The notes beneath the pieces were generated by a model. That model had not been told where the DNA came from and did no database searches. It was given only the letters and a program-made list of their open reading frames with translations. Made by a program: the position numbers and the translations under genes. Of a stretch of 34,479 nucleotides of DNA, positions 8,819-18,366 are shown in pieces. The stretch is from a virus (Duplodnaviria; Heunggongvirae; Uroviricota; Caudoviricetes): the IMG/VR virus record IMGVR_UViG_2778261675_000005; one strand, 5' to 3'. Position 1 is the first letter of the stretch, and each line of letters starts with the position of its first letter.

Positions 8819-9819
8819 GTTTTAATTGCTTTTTTTTCAATCGGAATTTTACTTTCAGATTCCAATATGTCTACAGTAAATAGTGACTCTGGCATTCTTA
8901 ATCGAGAATCAGCGATCATGAGCTCTTTTCCAACTTTAGCCTGGTTCATCACATAGCTTATCTCTACCGCTCTTGTGCCATGTTTTGAATATAACTCATG
9001 CACTAATGGATGGTCATCATAAGAAATTAGCCAGCGGTTCGCATAACCGGCTATATATTCCTTAAGCTCTCGATGCTGTATGTCATCGAAACAAAAGTTT
9101 TTAGAATAAATGTTTCTGCCCTCTTTAACATAGGGAGGGTCTAGATAAACAAAGTCATTTTCGTAATTGTCTTTGTTATCAAATCGTTTTAAAAAATCAA
9201 TACAATGTTCATTATAAACAAATATAGATTCACGCATGCTCGCTATTTTTTCGAGCTTTTTAATAAGGGTGCTTACAGTGTATCTACAATCAATTTTATA
9301 TTTTCCAGATTGGTCTAAACCACCAATTGGCCCTGCGCTTAGTACTCCAGATCTATTTGTCCTATTTAAATAAAAAACACTGAATCCGTACTCGAGTTTA
9401 GTGTACTTAGTAGGATCAGTAATACTTGACTGATAAATTCTCTTTTGTTTATGCCATTCATCGATACATGGTATATTCTGATATACCATATCTAACAGAT
9501 TGTCGGTGTTGTTAATTAATTGATCCCAAAAACAAAATAAAGCATAGTTCTTGTCATTTAAGTGGATCTCTTTGACATATCCACCCAATAGCAGTGAAAG
9601 CGATGCACCAGCGCCGCCGCAAAATGGTTCAATAAACCGTGCGCCATTTAACTTATTATGCATGAGGAAAATAGCGAGAAATGAAGCAAGCTTGTCCTTG
9701 CCACCTGGATAGCGGAATGGTGAGCTGGCTCTAGGGATGTCGTGAACCCCAAACAACTTGCGTACTGATTTTTTGCTAAGTTGTTTTATTGCTTCATGTT
9801 CAAGGATTCTCTGATCCAT
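8812..9819 (-). CDS. Dam-like (D12-class) N6-adenine DNA methyltransferase
   Basis: 335 aa; SAM-binding motifs FRYPGGK and EPFCGGAG plus catalytic DPPY; AT-rich; convergent with the upstream operon. Confidence 0.85.
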   Translation of the reverse strand: MDQRILEHEAIKQLSKKSVRKLFGVHDIPRASSPFRYPGGKDKLASFLAIFLMHNKLNGARFIEPFCGGAGASLSLLLGGYVKEIHLNDKNYALFCFWDQLINNTDNLLDMVYQNIPCIDEWHKQKRIYQSSITDPTKYTKLEYGFSVFYLNRTNRSGVLSAGPIGGLDQSGKYKIDCRYTVSTLIKKLEKIASMRESIFVYNEHCIDFLKRFDNKDNYENDFVYLDPPYVKEGRNIYSKNFCFDDIQHRELKEYIAGYANRWLISYDDHPLVHELYSKHGTRAVEISYVMNQAKVGKELMIADSRLRMPESLFTVDILESESKIPIEKKAIKTA

Positions 9820-10017
9820 GTGCCACCGTTACTATTATGAAAAATATTTCTATTATCGCATGCGTCATTGCTTCCTGCAATCAGGGTAGCGCATGTATCT
9901 ATAGCGTGCGTGGATTTGCATTTATGTTCTTTGGTCTCTAACTCTTTTGTATGGTAATCCCCAAGGGGGTTTGATTACTTAATTCAACCGCATTAAAACC
10001 GGCTCATGAAGCGGGCG

Positions 10018-10036
10018 GGCGAGGCGGGGAAAGCAC
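10018..10036. other. putative cos cohesive-end site
   Basis: GC-rich 19-mer GGCGAGGCGGGGAAAGCAC in the intergenic region just beyond Q, matching my recollection of the P2 cohesive end; not verified. Confidence 0.5.
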
Positions 10037-10184
10037 TGCGCGCTGGCGGTGGTGCTGATTTTATTTTTTCAGCGTCTGAGCGCGTCGTGATGGCGTTTAG
10101 TCGGCCTGCCGGGGCGTTGGTGTGTCTGCGGGGTGTTTTGTACAGTGGCGAACGTGTGAGGGCGTGATGACGGGGTGTAAAAAA

Positions 10185-10200
10185 GCCGCCCGCAGGCGGC
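10185..10200 (-). terminator. rho-independent terminator of the P-Q operon
   Basis: GCCGCC-CGCA-GGCGGC hairpin followed on the - strand by a T6 run, 5 bp beyond the Q stop. Confidence 0.6.
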
Positions 10201-10205
10201 GATGT

Positions 10206-11240
10206 TCAGCCGTTGTCAGTGTCCAGTGAGTAGTTTTTAAATCGGATGACCTCCTGACCGAGCCAGCCGTTTATCTCGCGGATCCTGTCCTGTAACGGGA
10301 TAAGCTCATTGCGGACAAAGACCTTTGCTACTTTCTCAATATCACCCAGCGACCCGACGTTCTCCGGCTTGCCGCCCATCAACTGAAAGGGGATGCGGTG
10401 CGCGTCCAGCAGGTCAGCGGCGCTGGCTTTTTTGATATTAAAAAAATCGTCCTTCGTTGCCACTTCACTGAGCGGGATAATTTTAATGCCGTCAGCTTTC
10501 CCCTGCGGGGCATAGAGAAACAGGTTTTTAAAGTTGTTGCGGCCTTTCGACTTCACCATGTTTTCGCGAAGCATTTCGATATCGTTGCGATCCTGCACGG
10601 CATCAGTGACGTACATGATATATCCGGCATGAGCGCCGTTTTCGTAATACTTGCGGCGGAACAGCGTGGCCGACTCATTCAGCCAGGCAGAGTTAAGGGC
10701 GCTGAGATATTCCGGCAGACCGTACAGCTCCTGATTAATATCCGGCTCCAGCAGGTGAAACACGGAGCCGGGCGCGAAAGGTGTCGGCTCGTTGAAGGAC
10801 GGCACCCACCAGTAAACATCCTCCTCCACGCCACGGCGGGTATATTTTGCCGGTGAGGTTTCCAGTCTGATGACCTTACCGGTGGTGCTGTAACGCTTTT
10901 CCAGAAACGCATTGCCGAACACCAGAAAATCCAGCACAAAGCGGCTGAAATCCTGCTGGGAAAGCCACGGATGCGGGATAAATGTCGAGGCCAGAATATT
11001 GCGTTTGACGTAAATCGGTGAGCTGTGATGCACGGCAGCACGCAGACTTTTTGCCAGCCCGGTAAAGCTGACCGGCGGCTCATACCATCTGCCGTTACTG
11101 ATGCATTCGACGTAATCCAGAATGTCACGGCGGTCGAGTACCGGCACCGGCTCGCCAAAGGTGAATGCCTCCATTTTCGGGGCGCTGGCGGTCATTGTTT
11201 TTGCCGCAGGTTGCGGTGTTTTCCCTTTTTTCTTGCTCAT
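10206..11240 (-). CDS. Q: portal protein
   Basis: 344 aa, same length and position as P2 gpQ; start overlaps P stop (ATGA). Confidence 0.9.
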   Translation of the reverse strand: MSKKKGKTPQPAAKTMTASAPKMEAFTFGEPVPVLDRRDILDYVECISNGRWYEPPVSFTGLAKSLRAAVHHSSPIYVKRNILASTFIPHPWLSQQDFSRFVLDFLVFGNAFLEKRYSTTGKVIRLETSPAKYTRRGVEEDVYWWVPSFNEPTPFAPGSVFHLLEPDINQELYGLPEYLSALNSAWLNESATLFRRKYYENGAHAGYIMYVTDAVQDRNDIEMLRENMVKSKGRNNFKNLFLYAPQGKADGIKIIPLSEVATKDDFFNIKKASAADLLDAHRIPFQLMGGKPENVGSLGDIEKVAKVFVRNELIPLQDRIREINGWLGQEVIRFKNYSLDTDNG

Positions 11241-13012
11241 CAGTAAAACTCCAGAATGGTGGATGTCAGCGGGGTGCTGATACCGGCGGTGAGTGGCTCA
11301 TTTAACAGGGCGTGCATGGTCGCCCAGGCGAGGTCGGCGTGGCTGGCTTCCTCGCTGCGGCTGGCCTCATAGGTGGCGCTGCGTCCGCTGCTGGTCATGG
11401 TCTTGCGGATAGCCATAAACGAGCTGGTGATGTCGGTGGCGCTGACGTCATATTCCAGACAGCCACGGCGGATAACGTCTTTGGCCTTGAGCACCATTGC
11501 GGTTTTCATTTCCGGCGTGTAGCGGATATCGCGCGCGGCGGGGTAGAACGAGCGCACGAGCTGGAACACGCCGACACCGAGGCCGGTGGCATCAATACCG
11601 ATGTATTCGACGTTGTATTTTTCGGTGAGTTTGCGGATGGATTCCGCCTGGGTGGCAAAGTCCATGCCTTTCCACTGGTGACGCTCAAGTATTCTGAATT
11701 TGCCACCGGCCACCACCGGCGGTGCCAGCACCACGCATCCGGCACTGTCGCCACGGTGTGACGGGTCGTAACCAATCCATACCGGGCGGGAGCCGAACGG
11801 ATTCGCGGCAAACGGCGCATAGTCTTCCCATTCTTCCAGCGTGTCGACCATGCAGCGTTGCAGCTCCTCGAACGGGAACACCGACGCCTTGTCGTCAACA
11901 AATTCACACATGAACAGGTTTTTAAAATCGTCGGCGCTGTTTTCACGTTTGAGCTGCTCAATGTCGAACAGTGTGCAGCCACCTTTCAGGGCATCTTCAA
12001 TGGTGACAATCTGCCGCCACTGGCCGTCCGCACAGAGAAGCCCTCCGGCAAGGGCGTTATGACTGACGTCGATTTCCACGCGTTCGGCGGCGCTGGCGCG
12101 TCCCCGGTTGAACAGTTCACCTGACCAGAACGGGTAGGCGTCGTGCGCCAGCGTGGACGGGGTGGAGAAATAGGTCGAGCGCAGGTGACTCTGTGAGGCC
12201 ATACCTGATGCCACCTTACGCAGTACCTGAAAATTCGGGATCCAGAAAATCTCATCGACGTACAGGTCGCCGTTATGGCTCTGCGCGGTGTTGGAGTTGG
12301 TGCCGAGAAAAATCAGTTTTGCGCCGTTATTGCCCAGGACAATCGGGTCACCGGTCAGGTCAACGTCCACCAGACGGGCAAAGGCGATGATGTATTCGCG
12401 GAACACATACGCCTGCGTTTTACTGGCCGACAGAAAAATCTGGTTATGACCGGTTTTCAGGGCGCGCAGCAGTGCCTCGCGGGAAAAATAAAACGTCGCG
12501 CCAATCTGGCGGGATTTCAGGATATCGCGGATGCGGTGCTCAAGCCCGGCGCGATACCAGTGCAACTGATAGTCGAAAGACTGCTCAAAGAAAATCTGCT
12601 CCAGCTTTTCGATGGCTTCGTCACTGAAAAAATTCTTTTTCGGTTTGCGACGCCCGCCTTTGTTGCGGTTAGCGACGTTCGGATTAAGGTCTGCCTCGTT
12701 GCCGGTCTGGCTGTAGCGGTTTACCCGTGCCAGTCGTTCAATCTGGCGTCCCAGCAGGTCAATTTCCTTGAAGTCACCGCCGGTTTTCTGCGGTTTGATG
12801 ATGAGCTGGGTCAGCCGCGCTTCCAGGCTCATTTCGACACGGCTGATGGGGGCAACGCTGTCCCAGCCGTCGCGCTGTTTCCAGCTCTGCACCGTCGGGC
12901 GTTTCATCTGCAACATGGCGGCAATCTGCGGCACGGAAAACCCCTGCCAGTACAGCAGCGCCGCCTGACGACGCGGGTCGTGTAAAAGAGTGGTGTCTGT
13001 GGTGATGGTCAT
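11240..13012 (-). CDS. P: terminase large (ATPase) subunit
   Basis: 590 aa from the ATG at 13012, preceded by GAGG at suitable spacing (the track's 600-aa start has no RBS); P2 gpP length and position. Confidence 0.9.
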   Translation of the reverse strand: MTITTDTTLLHDPRRQAALLYWQGFSVPQIAAMLQMKRPTVQSWKQRDGWDSVAPISRVEMSLEARLTQLIIKPQKTGGDFKEIDLLGRQIERLARVNRYSQTGNEADLNPNVANRNKGGRRKPKKNFFSDEAIEKLEQIFFEQSFDYQLHWYRAGLEHRIRDILKSRQIGATFYFSREALLRALKTGHNQIFLSASKTQAYVFREYIIAFARLVDVDLTGDPIVLGNNGAKLIFLGTNSNTAQSHNGDLYVDEIFWIPNFQVLRKVASGMASQSHLRSTYFSTPSTLAHDAYPFWSGELFNRGRASAAERVEIDVSHNALAGGLLCADGQWRQIVTIEDALKGGCTLFDIEQLKRENSADDFKNLFMCEFVDDKASVFPFEELQRCMVDTLEEWEDYAPFAANPFGSRPVWIGYDPSHRGDSAGCVVLAPPVVAGGKFRILERHQWKGMDFATQAESIRKLTEKYNVEYIGIDATGLGVGVFQLVRSFYPAARDIRYTPEMKTAMVLKAKDVIRRGCLEYDVSATDITSSFMAIRKTMTSSGRSATYEASRSEEASHADLAWATMHALLNEPLTAGISTPLTSTILEFY

Positions 13013-13042
13013 GAATACCTCGCCGTGATGAATACACGGCAA

Positions 13043-13185
13043 GGCTACTGAGTCGCGCCCCGCGATTCGCTAAGGTGCTGTTGTGTCAGTGATAAGCCAT
13101 CCGGGACTGATGGCGGAGGATGCGCATCGTCGGGAAACTGATGCCGACATGTGACTCCTCTAATCACTATTCAGGACTCCTGACA
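13043..13185. promoter_or_regulatory. divergent late promoter region (P operon leftward, O operon rightward)
   Basis: Intergenic region between divergent P and O; by analogy with the Ogr-activated P2 late promoters; binding site not pinpointed. Confidence 0.4.
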
Positions 13186-14040
13186 ATGGCAAAAAAAGTC
13201 TCAAAATTCTTTCGTATCGGCGTTGAGGGTGACACCTGTGACGGGCGTGTCATCAGTGCGCAGGATATTCAGGAAATGGCCGAAACCTTTGACCCGCGAG
13301 TCTATGGTTGCCGCATTAACCTGGAACATCTGCGCGGCATCCTGCCTGACGGTATTTTTAAGCGTTATGGCGATGTGGTCGAACTGAAGGCCGAAAAGAT
13401 TGACGATGATTCGGCGCTGAAAGGCAAATGGGCGCTGTTTGCGAAAATCACCCCGACCGATGACCTTATCGCGATGAACAAGGCCGCGCAGAAGGTCTAT
13501 ACCTCAATGGAAATTCAGCCGAACTTTGCCAATACAGGCAAATGTTATCTGGTGGGTCTGGCCGTCACCGATGACCCGGCAAGCCTCGGCACGGAATACC
13601 TGGAATTCTGCCGCACGGCAAAACACAACCCTCTGAACCGCTTCAAATTAAGCCCTGAAAACCTGATTTCAGTGGCAACGCCTGTTGAGCTGGAATTTGA
13701 AGACCTGCCTGAAACCGTGTTCACCGCCCTGACCGAAAAGGTGAAATCCATTTTTGGCCGCAAACAGGCCAGCGATGACGCCCGTCTGAATGACGTGCAT
13801 GAAGCGGTGACCGCTGTTGCTGAACATGTGCAGGAAAAACTGAGCGCCACTGAGCAGCGCCTCGCGGAGATGGAAACCGCCTTTTCCGCACTTAAGCAGG
13901 AGGTGACTGACAGGGCGGATGAAACCAGCCAGGCATTCACCCGCCTGAAAAACAGTCTCGACCACACCGAAAGTCTGACCCAGCAGCGCCGCAGCAAGGC
14001 CACCGGCGGTGGCGGAGACGCCCTGATGACGAACTGCTGA
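13186..14040 (+). CDS. O: capsid scaffolding protein
   Basis: 284 aa from the ATG at 13186 (MAKKVSKFF...), P2 gpO length and position. Confidence 0.85.
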   Translation: MAKKVSKFFRIGVEGDTCDGRVISAQDIQEMAETFDPRVYGCRINLEHLRGILPDGIFKRYGDVVELKAEKIDDDSALKGKWALFAKITPTDDLIAMNKAAQKVYTSMEIQPNFANTGKCYLVGLAVTDDPASLGTEYLEFCRTAKHNPLNRFKLSPENLISVATPVELEFEDLPETVFTALTEKVKSIFGRKQASDDARLNDVHEAVTAVAEHVQEKLSATEQRLAEMETAFSALKQEVTDRADETSQAFTRLKNSLDHTESLTQQRRSKATGGGGDALMTNC

Positions 14041-14098
14041 CCGGCGTCAGTCAGTCCGGGAAAACCTTCACGATTAACCCTTAATTTCAGGAACAAAT

Positions 14099-15172
14099 AT
14101 GCGCCAGGAAACCCGTTTAAAATTTAATGCCTACCTGTCCCGTGTTGCCGAACTGAACGGCATCGACGCCGGTGATGTGTCGAAAAAATTCACCGTTGAA
14201 CCGTCGGTCACCCAGACCCTGATGAACACCATGCAGGAGTCCTCTGACTTTCTGACCCGCATCAACATTGTGCCGGTCAGCGAAATGAAAGGGGAAAAAA
14301 TTGGTATCGGTGTCACCGGCCCCATTGCCAGCACCACCGACACCGCCGGTGGCACCGAGCGTCAGCCGAAGGACTTCTCGAAGCTGGCGTCCAACAAGTA
14401 CGAATGCGACCAGGTTAACTTCGATTTTTATATCCGCTACAAAACGCTGGACCTGTGGGCGCGTTATCAGGATTTCCAGCTCCGTATCCGTAATGCCATT
14501 ATCAAACGCCAGTCCCTTGATTTCATCATGGCCGGTTTTAACGGCGTGAAGCGTGCCGAAACCTCTGACCGCAGCAGCAATCCGATGCTGCAGGATGTGG
14601 CGGTCGGCTGGCTGCAGAAATACCGCAATGAAGCTCCGGCGCGCGTGATGAACAAGGTCACTGACGAGGAAGGTCGCACCACCTCTGAGGTTATCCGCGT
14701 GGGCAAGGGCGGTGATTATGCCAGCCTTGACGCACTGGTGATGGATGCGACCAATAACCTGATTGAACCGTGGTATCAGGAAGACCCTGACCTTGTGGTG
14801 ATTGTGGGACGTCAGCTACTGGCGGACAAGTATTTCCCCATCGTCAACAAGGAGCAGGACAACAGCGAAATGCTGGCCGCTGACGTCATCATCAGCCAGA
14901 AACGCATCGGTAACCTGCCGGCGGTACGCGTCCCGTACTTCCCGGCGGATGCGATGCTCATCACGAAGCTGGAAAACCTGTCCATCTACTACATGGATGA
15001 CAGCCATCGCCGCGTGATTGAGGAAAACCCGAAACTCGACCGCGTGGAGAACTACGAGTCAATGAACATTGATTACGTGGTGGAAGACTACGCCGCCGGC
15101 TGTCTGGTGGAAAAAATTAAGGTCGGTGATTTCTCCACACCGGCCAGGGCAACCGCAGAGCCGGGAGCGTAA
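14099..15172 (+). CDS. N: major capsid protein
   Basis: 357 aa, P2 gpN length and position. Confidence 0.9.
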   Translation: MRQETRLKFNAYLSRVAELNGIDAGDVSKKFTVEPSVTQTLMNTMQESSDFLTRINIVPVSEMKGEKIGIGVTGPIASTTDTAGGTERQPKDFSKLASNKYECDQVNFDFYIRYKTLDLWARYQDFQLRIRNAIIKRQSLDFIMAGFNGVKRAETSDRSSNPMLQDVAVGWLQKYRNEAPARVMNKVTDEEGRTTSEVIRVGKGGDYASLDALVMDATNNLIEPWYQEDPDLVVIVGRQLLADKYFPIVNKEQDNSEMLAADVIISQKRIGNLPAVRVPYFPADAMLITKLENLSIYYMDDSHRRVIEENPKLDRVENYESMNIDYVVEDYAAGCLVEKIKVGDFSTPARATAEPGA

Positions 15173-15175
15173 CCG

Positions 15176-15919
15176 ATGACGAGTCCCGCACAGCGCCACA
15201 TGATGCGGGTCTCGGCAGCGATGACCGCGCAGCGGGAAGCCGCCCCGCTGCGACATGCAACTGTCTATGAGCAGATGCTGGTTAAGCTCGCCGCAGACCA
15301 GCGCACACTGAAAGCGATTTATTCAAAAGAGCTGAAGGCCGCGAAAAAACGCGAACTGCTGCCGTTCTGGTTGCCGTGGGTGAACGGCGTGCTGGAGCAG
15401 GGCAAAGGCGCACAGGATGACATTCTGATGACGGTCATGCTGTGGCGTCTGGATACCGGCGATATTGCCGGTGCGCTGGAGATTGCCCGTTATGCCCTGA
15501 AGTACGGTCTGACCATGCCGGGTAAACACCGCCGCACCCCGCCGTACATGTTCACCGAGGAGGTCGCGCTTGCGGCCATGCGTGCCCACGCTGCCGGTGA
15601 GTCTGTGGATACCCGCCTGCTGACGGAGACCCTTGAACTGACTGCCGCTGCTGACATGCCTGATGAAGTGCGCGCAAAGCTGCACAAAATCACCGGTCTG
15701 TTTCTGCGTGACGGTGGTGATGCCGCCGGTGCGCTGGCGCACCTGCAACGTGCGACACAGCTCGACTGTCAGGCAGGCGTCAAAAAAGAGATTGAACGAC
15801 TGGAGCGGGAGCTGAAACCGAAGCCGGAGCCGCAGCCCAAAGCGGCCACCCGTACCCCGCGTAAGACCCGGAGCGTGACACCGGCAAAACGTGGACGCCC
15901 GAAAAAGAAAGCCAGTTAA
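15176..15919 (+). CDS. M: terminase small (endonuclease) subunit
   Basis: 247 aa, P2 gpM length and position; basic C-terminal tail. Confidence 0.85.
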   Translation: MTSPAQRHMMRVSAAMTAQREAAPLRHATVYEQMLVKLAADQRTLKAIYSKELKAAKKRELLPFWLPWVNGVLEQGKGAQDDILMTVMLWRLDTGDIAGALEIARYALKYGLTMPGKHRRTPPYMFTEEVALAAMRAHAAGESVDTRLLTETLELTAAADMPDEVRAKLHKITGLFLRDGGDAAGALAHLQRATQLDCQAGVKKEIERLERELKPKPEPQPKAATRTPRKTRSVTPAKRGRPKKKAS

Positions 15920-16018
15920 CAACCGAATGCGCCCCGCGCCAGGGCGGCACGCCGGTCAGTGAGGGTGAATCACCTGACGCTGTACCGGCGTCCACCGCCC
16001 GACTTTTCAGAGGTAGTC

Positions 16019-16528
16019 ATGATGACGCTGATTATTCCGCGAAAGGAGGCTCCCGTGTCCGGTGAGGGTACGGTGGTCATCCCGCAACCGGCAGGCGACG
16101 AGCCGGTGATTAAAAACACGTTCTTTTTTCCCGATATCGACCCGAAGCGCGTCCGGGAACGTATGCGCCTTGAGCAGACCGTCGCCCCCGCCCGTCTGCG
16201 AGAGGCCATCAAGTCAGGCATGGCGGAGACGAATGCGGAGCTGTACGAGTATCGCGAACAGAAAATTGCCGCCGGTTTTACGCGTCTGGCGGACGTCCCG
16301 GCGGACGACATCGACGGTGAAAGCATCAAAGTTTTTTACTACGAGCGCGCCGTGTGTGCGATGGCGACCGCGTCGCTTTATGAGCGTTACCGCGGCGTGG
16401 ATGCCAGTGCAAAAGACGACAAGAAGGCCGACAGCATTGACAGCACCATTGATGAACTGTGGCGGGATATGCGCTGGGCGGTGGCGCGTATCCAGGACAA
16501 GCCGCGCTGCATCGTGAGTCAAATCTGA
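16019..16528 (+). CDS. L: head completion/stabilisation protein
   Basis: 169 aa from the ATG at 16019 with upstream GAGG; P2 gpL length. Confidence 0.85.
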   Translation: MMTLIIPRKEAPVSGEGTVVIPQPAGDEPVIKNTFFFPDIDPKRVRERMRLEQTVAPARLREAIKSGMAETNAELYEYREQKIAAGFTRLADVPADDIDGESIKVFYYERAVCAMATASLYERYRGVDASAKDDKKADSIDSTIDELWRDMRWAVARIQDKPRCIVSQI

Positions 16529-16731
16529 TGAAGACCTTTGCGCTACAGGGCGACACGCTCGACGCCATTTGTGTCCGGTATTACGGGCGCACTGAGGGCG
16601 TGGTCGAGGCTGTGCTCGCCGCAAATCCGGGACTGGCTGAACTGGGGGCGGTGCTGCCACATGGCACCGCCGTCGAACTGCCCGACGTTCAGACCGCGCC
16701 CGTGGCTGAAACTGTCAATCTGTGGGAGTAA
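16528..16731 (+). CDS. X: tail protein X
   Basis: 67 aa (MKTFALQGDTLDAICVRYYGRTEG...), start overlaps L stop; P2 gpX. Confidence 0.85.
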   Translation: MKTFALQGDTLDAICVRYYGRTEGVVEAVLAANPGLAELGAVLPHGTAVELPDVQTAPVAETVNLWE

Positions 16732-16734
16732 CGC

Positions 16735-17016
16735 ATGACAGCAGAAGAAAAAAGCGTCCTGTCGCTTTTCATGATTGGGGTGCTGATTGTTGTCGGCAAG
16801 GTGCTTGCCGGTGGTGAACCTATCACCCCGCGTCTGTTTATCGGGCGCATGTTGCTCGGTGGTTTTGTCTCGATGGTTGCCGGTGTTGTTCTGGTGCAGT
16901 TTCCTGACCTGTCACTGCCTGCGGTGTGCGGCATCGGCTCCATGCTGGGTATCGCCGGTTATCAGGTGATTGAGATTGCCATTCAGCGCCGTTTTAAGGG
17001 CAGGGGGAAACCGTAA
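16735..17016 (+). CDS. Y: holin
   Basis: 93 aa with hydrophobic transmembrane segments and a charged C-terminus; P2 gpY length and position. Confidence 0.85.
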   Translation: MTAEEKSVLSLFMIGVLIVVGKVLAGGEPITPRLFIGRMLLGGFVSMVAGVVLVQFPDLSLPAVCGIGSMLGIAGYQVIEIAIQRRFKGRGKP

Positions 17017-17513
17017 TGCCGGTAATTAACACGCATCAGAATATCGCCGCCTTTCTCGACATGCTGGCCGTGTCCGAAGGGACGGCGAATCATCCGCTGA
17101 CGAAAAACCGGGGCTATGACGTGATAGTCACCGGACTGGACGGAAAGCCGGAAATTTTCACCGACTACAGTGACCACCCGTTCGCGCATGGCCGACCGGC
17201 GAAGGTGTTTAACCGTCGCGGTGAAAAATCCACGGCCTCCGGTCGCTATCAGCAGCTTTACCTGTTCTGGCCGCACTACCGCAAACAGCTTGCCCTGCCG
17301 GATTTCAGTCCGTTGTCACAGGACAGGCTCGCCATTCAGTTGATCCGCGAACGCGGTGCACTGGATGACATCCGGGCGGGACGCATTGAGCGCGCCATTT
17401 CACGCTGTCGCAATATCTGGGCGTCCCTGCCGGGTGCCGGTTACGGTCAGCGTGAGCATTCACTGGAAAAACTGGTCACCGTCTGGCGTACCGCCGGCGG
17501 CGTACCGGCTTAA
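17016..17513 (+). CDS. K: endolysin (lysozyme-like)
   Basis: 165 aa, P2 gpK length and position; start overlaps Y stop. Confidence 0.85.
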   Translation: MPVINTHQNIAAFLDMLAVSEGTANHPLTKNRGYDVIVTGLDGKPEIFTDYSDHPFAHGRPAKVFNRRGEKSTASGRYQQLYLFWPHYRKQLALPDFSPLSQDRLAIQLIRERGALDDIRAGRIERAISRCRNIWASLPGAGYGQREHSLEKLVTVWRTAGGVPA

Positions 17514-17527
17514 ACGGAGTAAACACC

Positions 17528-17953
17528 ATGAAGAAATTATCCCTTTCACTGATGCTGAACGTGTCGCTGGCGCTGATGCTGGCACTGTCCCTGATTTACC
17601 CGCAGAGCGTGGCCGTCAGTTTTGTCGCCACCTGGGCGATTCTGGCGACGGTTATCTGTGTGGTTGCCGGTGGTGTCGGCGTGTATGCCACGGAGTATGT
17701 GCTGGAACGCTACGGGCGGGAGCTGCCGCCGGAATCGCTGGCCGTGAAGATTGTCACGTCGCTGTTTTTGCAGCCGGTGCCGTGGCGCAGACGGGCGGCG
17801 GCTCTGGTGGTGATGGTGGCGACGTTTATCTCGCTGGTCGCTGCCGGGTGGATTTTTACCGCGCTGATTTATCTTGTGGCGTCGCTGTTTTTCCGGCTGA
17901 TACGTAAAGCCTGTCGTCAGCGTCTTGAGGGGCGGGAACTATGTCAAAGCTGA
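17528..17953 (+). CDS. lysA: lysis timing regulator LysA (membrane protein)
   Basis: 141 aa, strongly hydrophobic, P2 lysA position. Confidence 0.75.
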   Translation: MKKLSLSLMLNVSLALMLALSLIYPQSVAVSFVATWAILATVICVVAGGVGVYATEYVLERYGRELPPESLAVKIVTSLFLQPVPWRRRAAALVVMVATFISLVAAGWIFTALIYLVASLFFRLIRKACRQRLEGRELCQS

Positions 17954-18366
17954 TGATTGTGCTGGTCGTGTTGTTATCGCTGGCGGTGGCCGGTCTGTTT
18001 CTGGTGAAACACAAAAATGCCAGCCTGCGCGCCTCGCTGGACAGGGCGAATAACGTCGCCAGTGAACAGCAGACGACCATCACCATGCTGAAAAATCAGC
18101 TTCATGTTGCCATCACCAGGGCAGACAAAAACGAGCTGGCGCAGGTGGCACTGCGTCAGGAACTGGAGAACGCCGCGAAGCGTGAAGCACAGCGCGAGAA
18201 AACCATCACGAGGTTACTCAATGAAAACGAAGATTTTCGCCGCTGGTACGGTGCTGACCTGCCTGATGCTGTGCGCCGGTTGCACCAGCGCCCGGCCTGC
18301 GCAGACGCCAGTGATTGTCCACAACGCCTGCCCGAAAGTGAGTCTTTGCCCGATGCCGGGCAGTGA
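17941..18366 (+). CDS. lysB: i-spanin (Rz-like) LysB
   Basis: 141 aa; N-terminal transmembrane segment then a coiled-coil periplasmic region; P2 lysB position. Confidence 0.8.
   Translation: MSKLMIVLVVLLSLAVAGLFLVKHKNASLRASLDRANNVASEQQTTITMLKNQLHVAITRADKNELAQVALRQELENAAKREAQREKTITRLLNENEDFRRWYGADLPDAVRRLHQRPACADASDCPQRLPESESLPDAGQ

Noticed and set aside
6459-9960. Island encodes the P2 old or tin genes
   Set aside because: Old is a large ATPase-TOPRIM protein with a Walker A motif, which none of the three island proteins has; the gene content differs from P2 at this locus.
12275-12985. 236-aa ORF on the + strand inside the terminase gene
   Set aside because: Antisense to a well-supported gene in GC-rich DNA where long spurious ORFs are common; no RBS or motif.
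12990-13042. Longer 600-aa start for the terminase large subunit
   Set aside because: The internal ATG at 13012 is preceded by GAGG at proper spacing and gives the 590-aa P2 gpP length; the upstream ATG has no RBS.
15323-15922. 199-aa ORF on the - strand inside M
   Set aside because: Fully antisense to the terminase small subunit, Arg/Gly-rich composition typical of GC-rich antisense frames.
16214-16660. 148-aa - strand ORF across L and X
   Set aside because: Antisense to two tightly coupled late genes; Arg/Pro-rich spurious composition.
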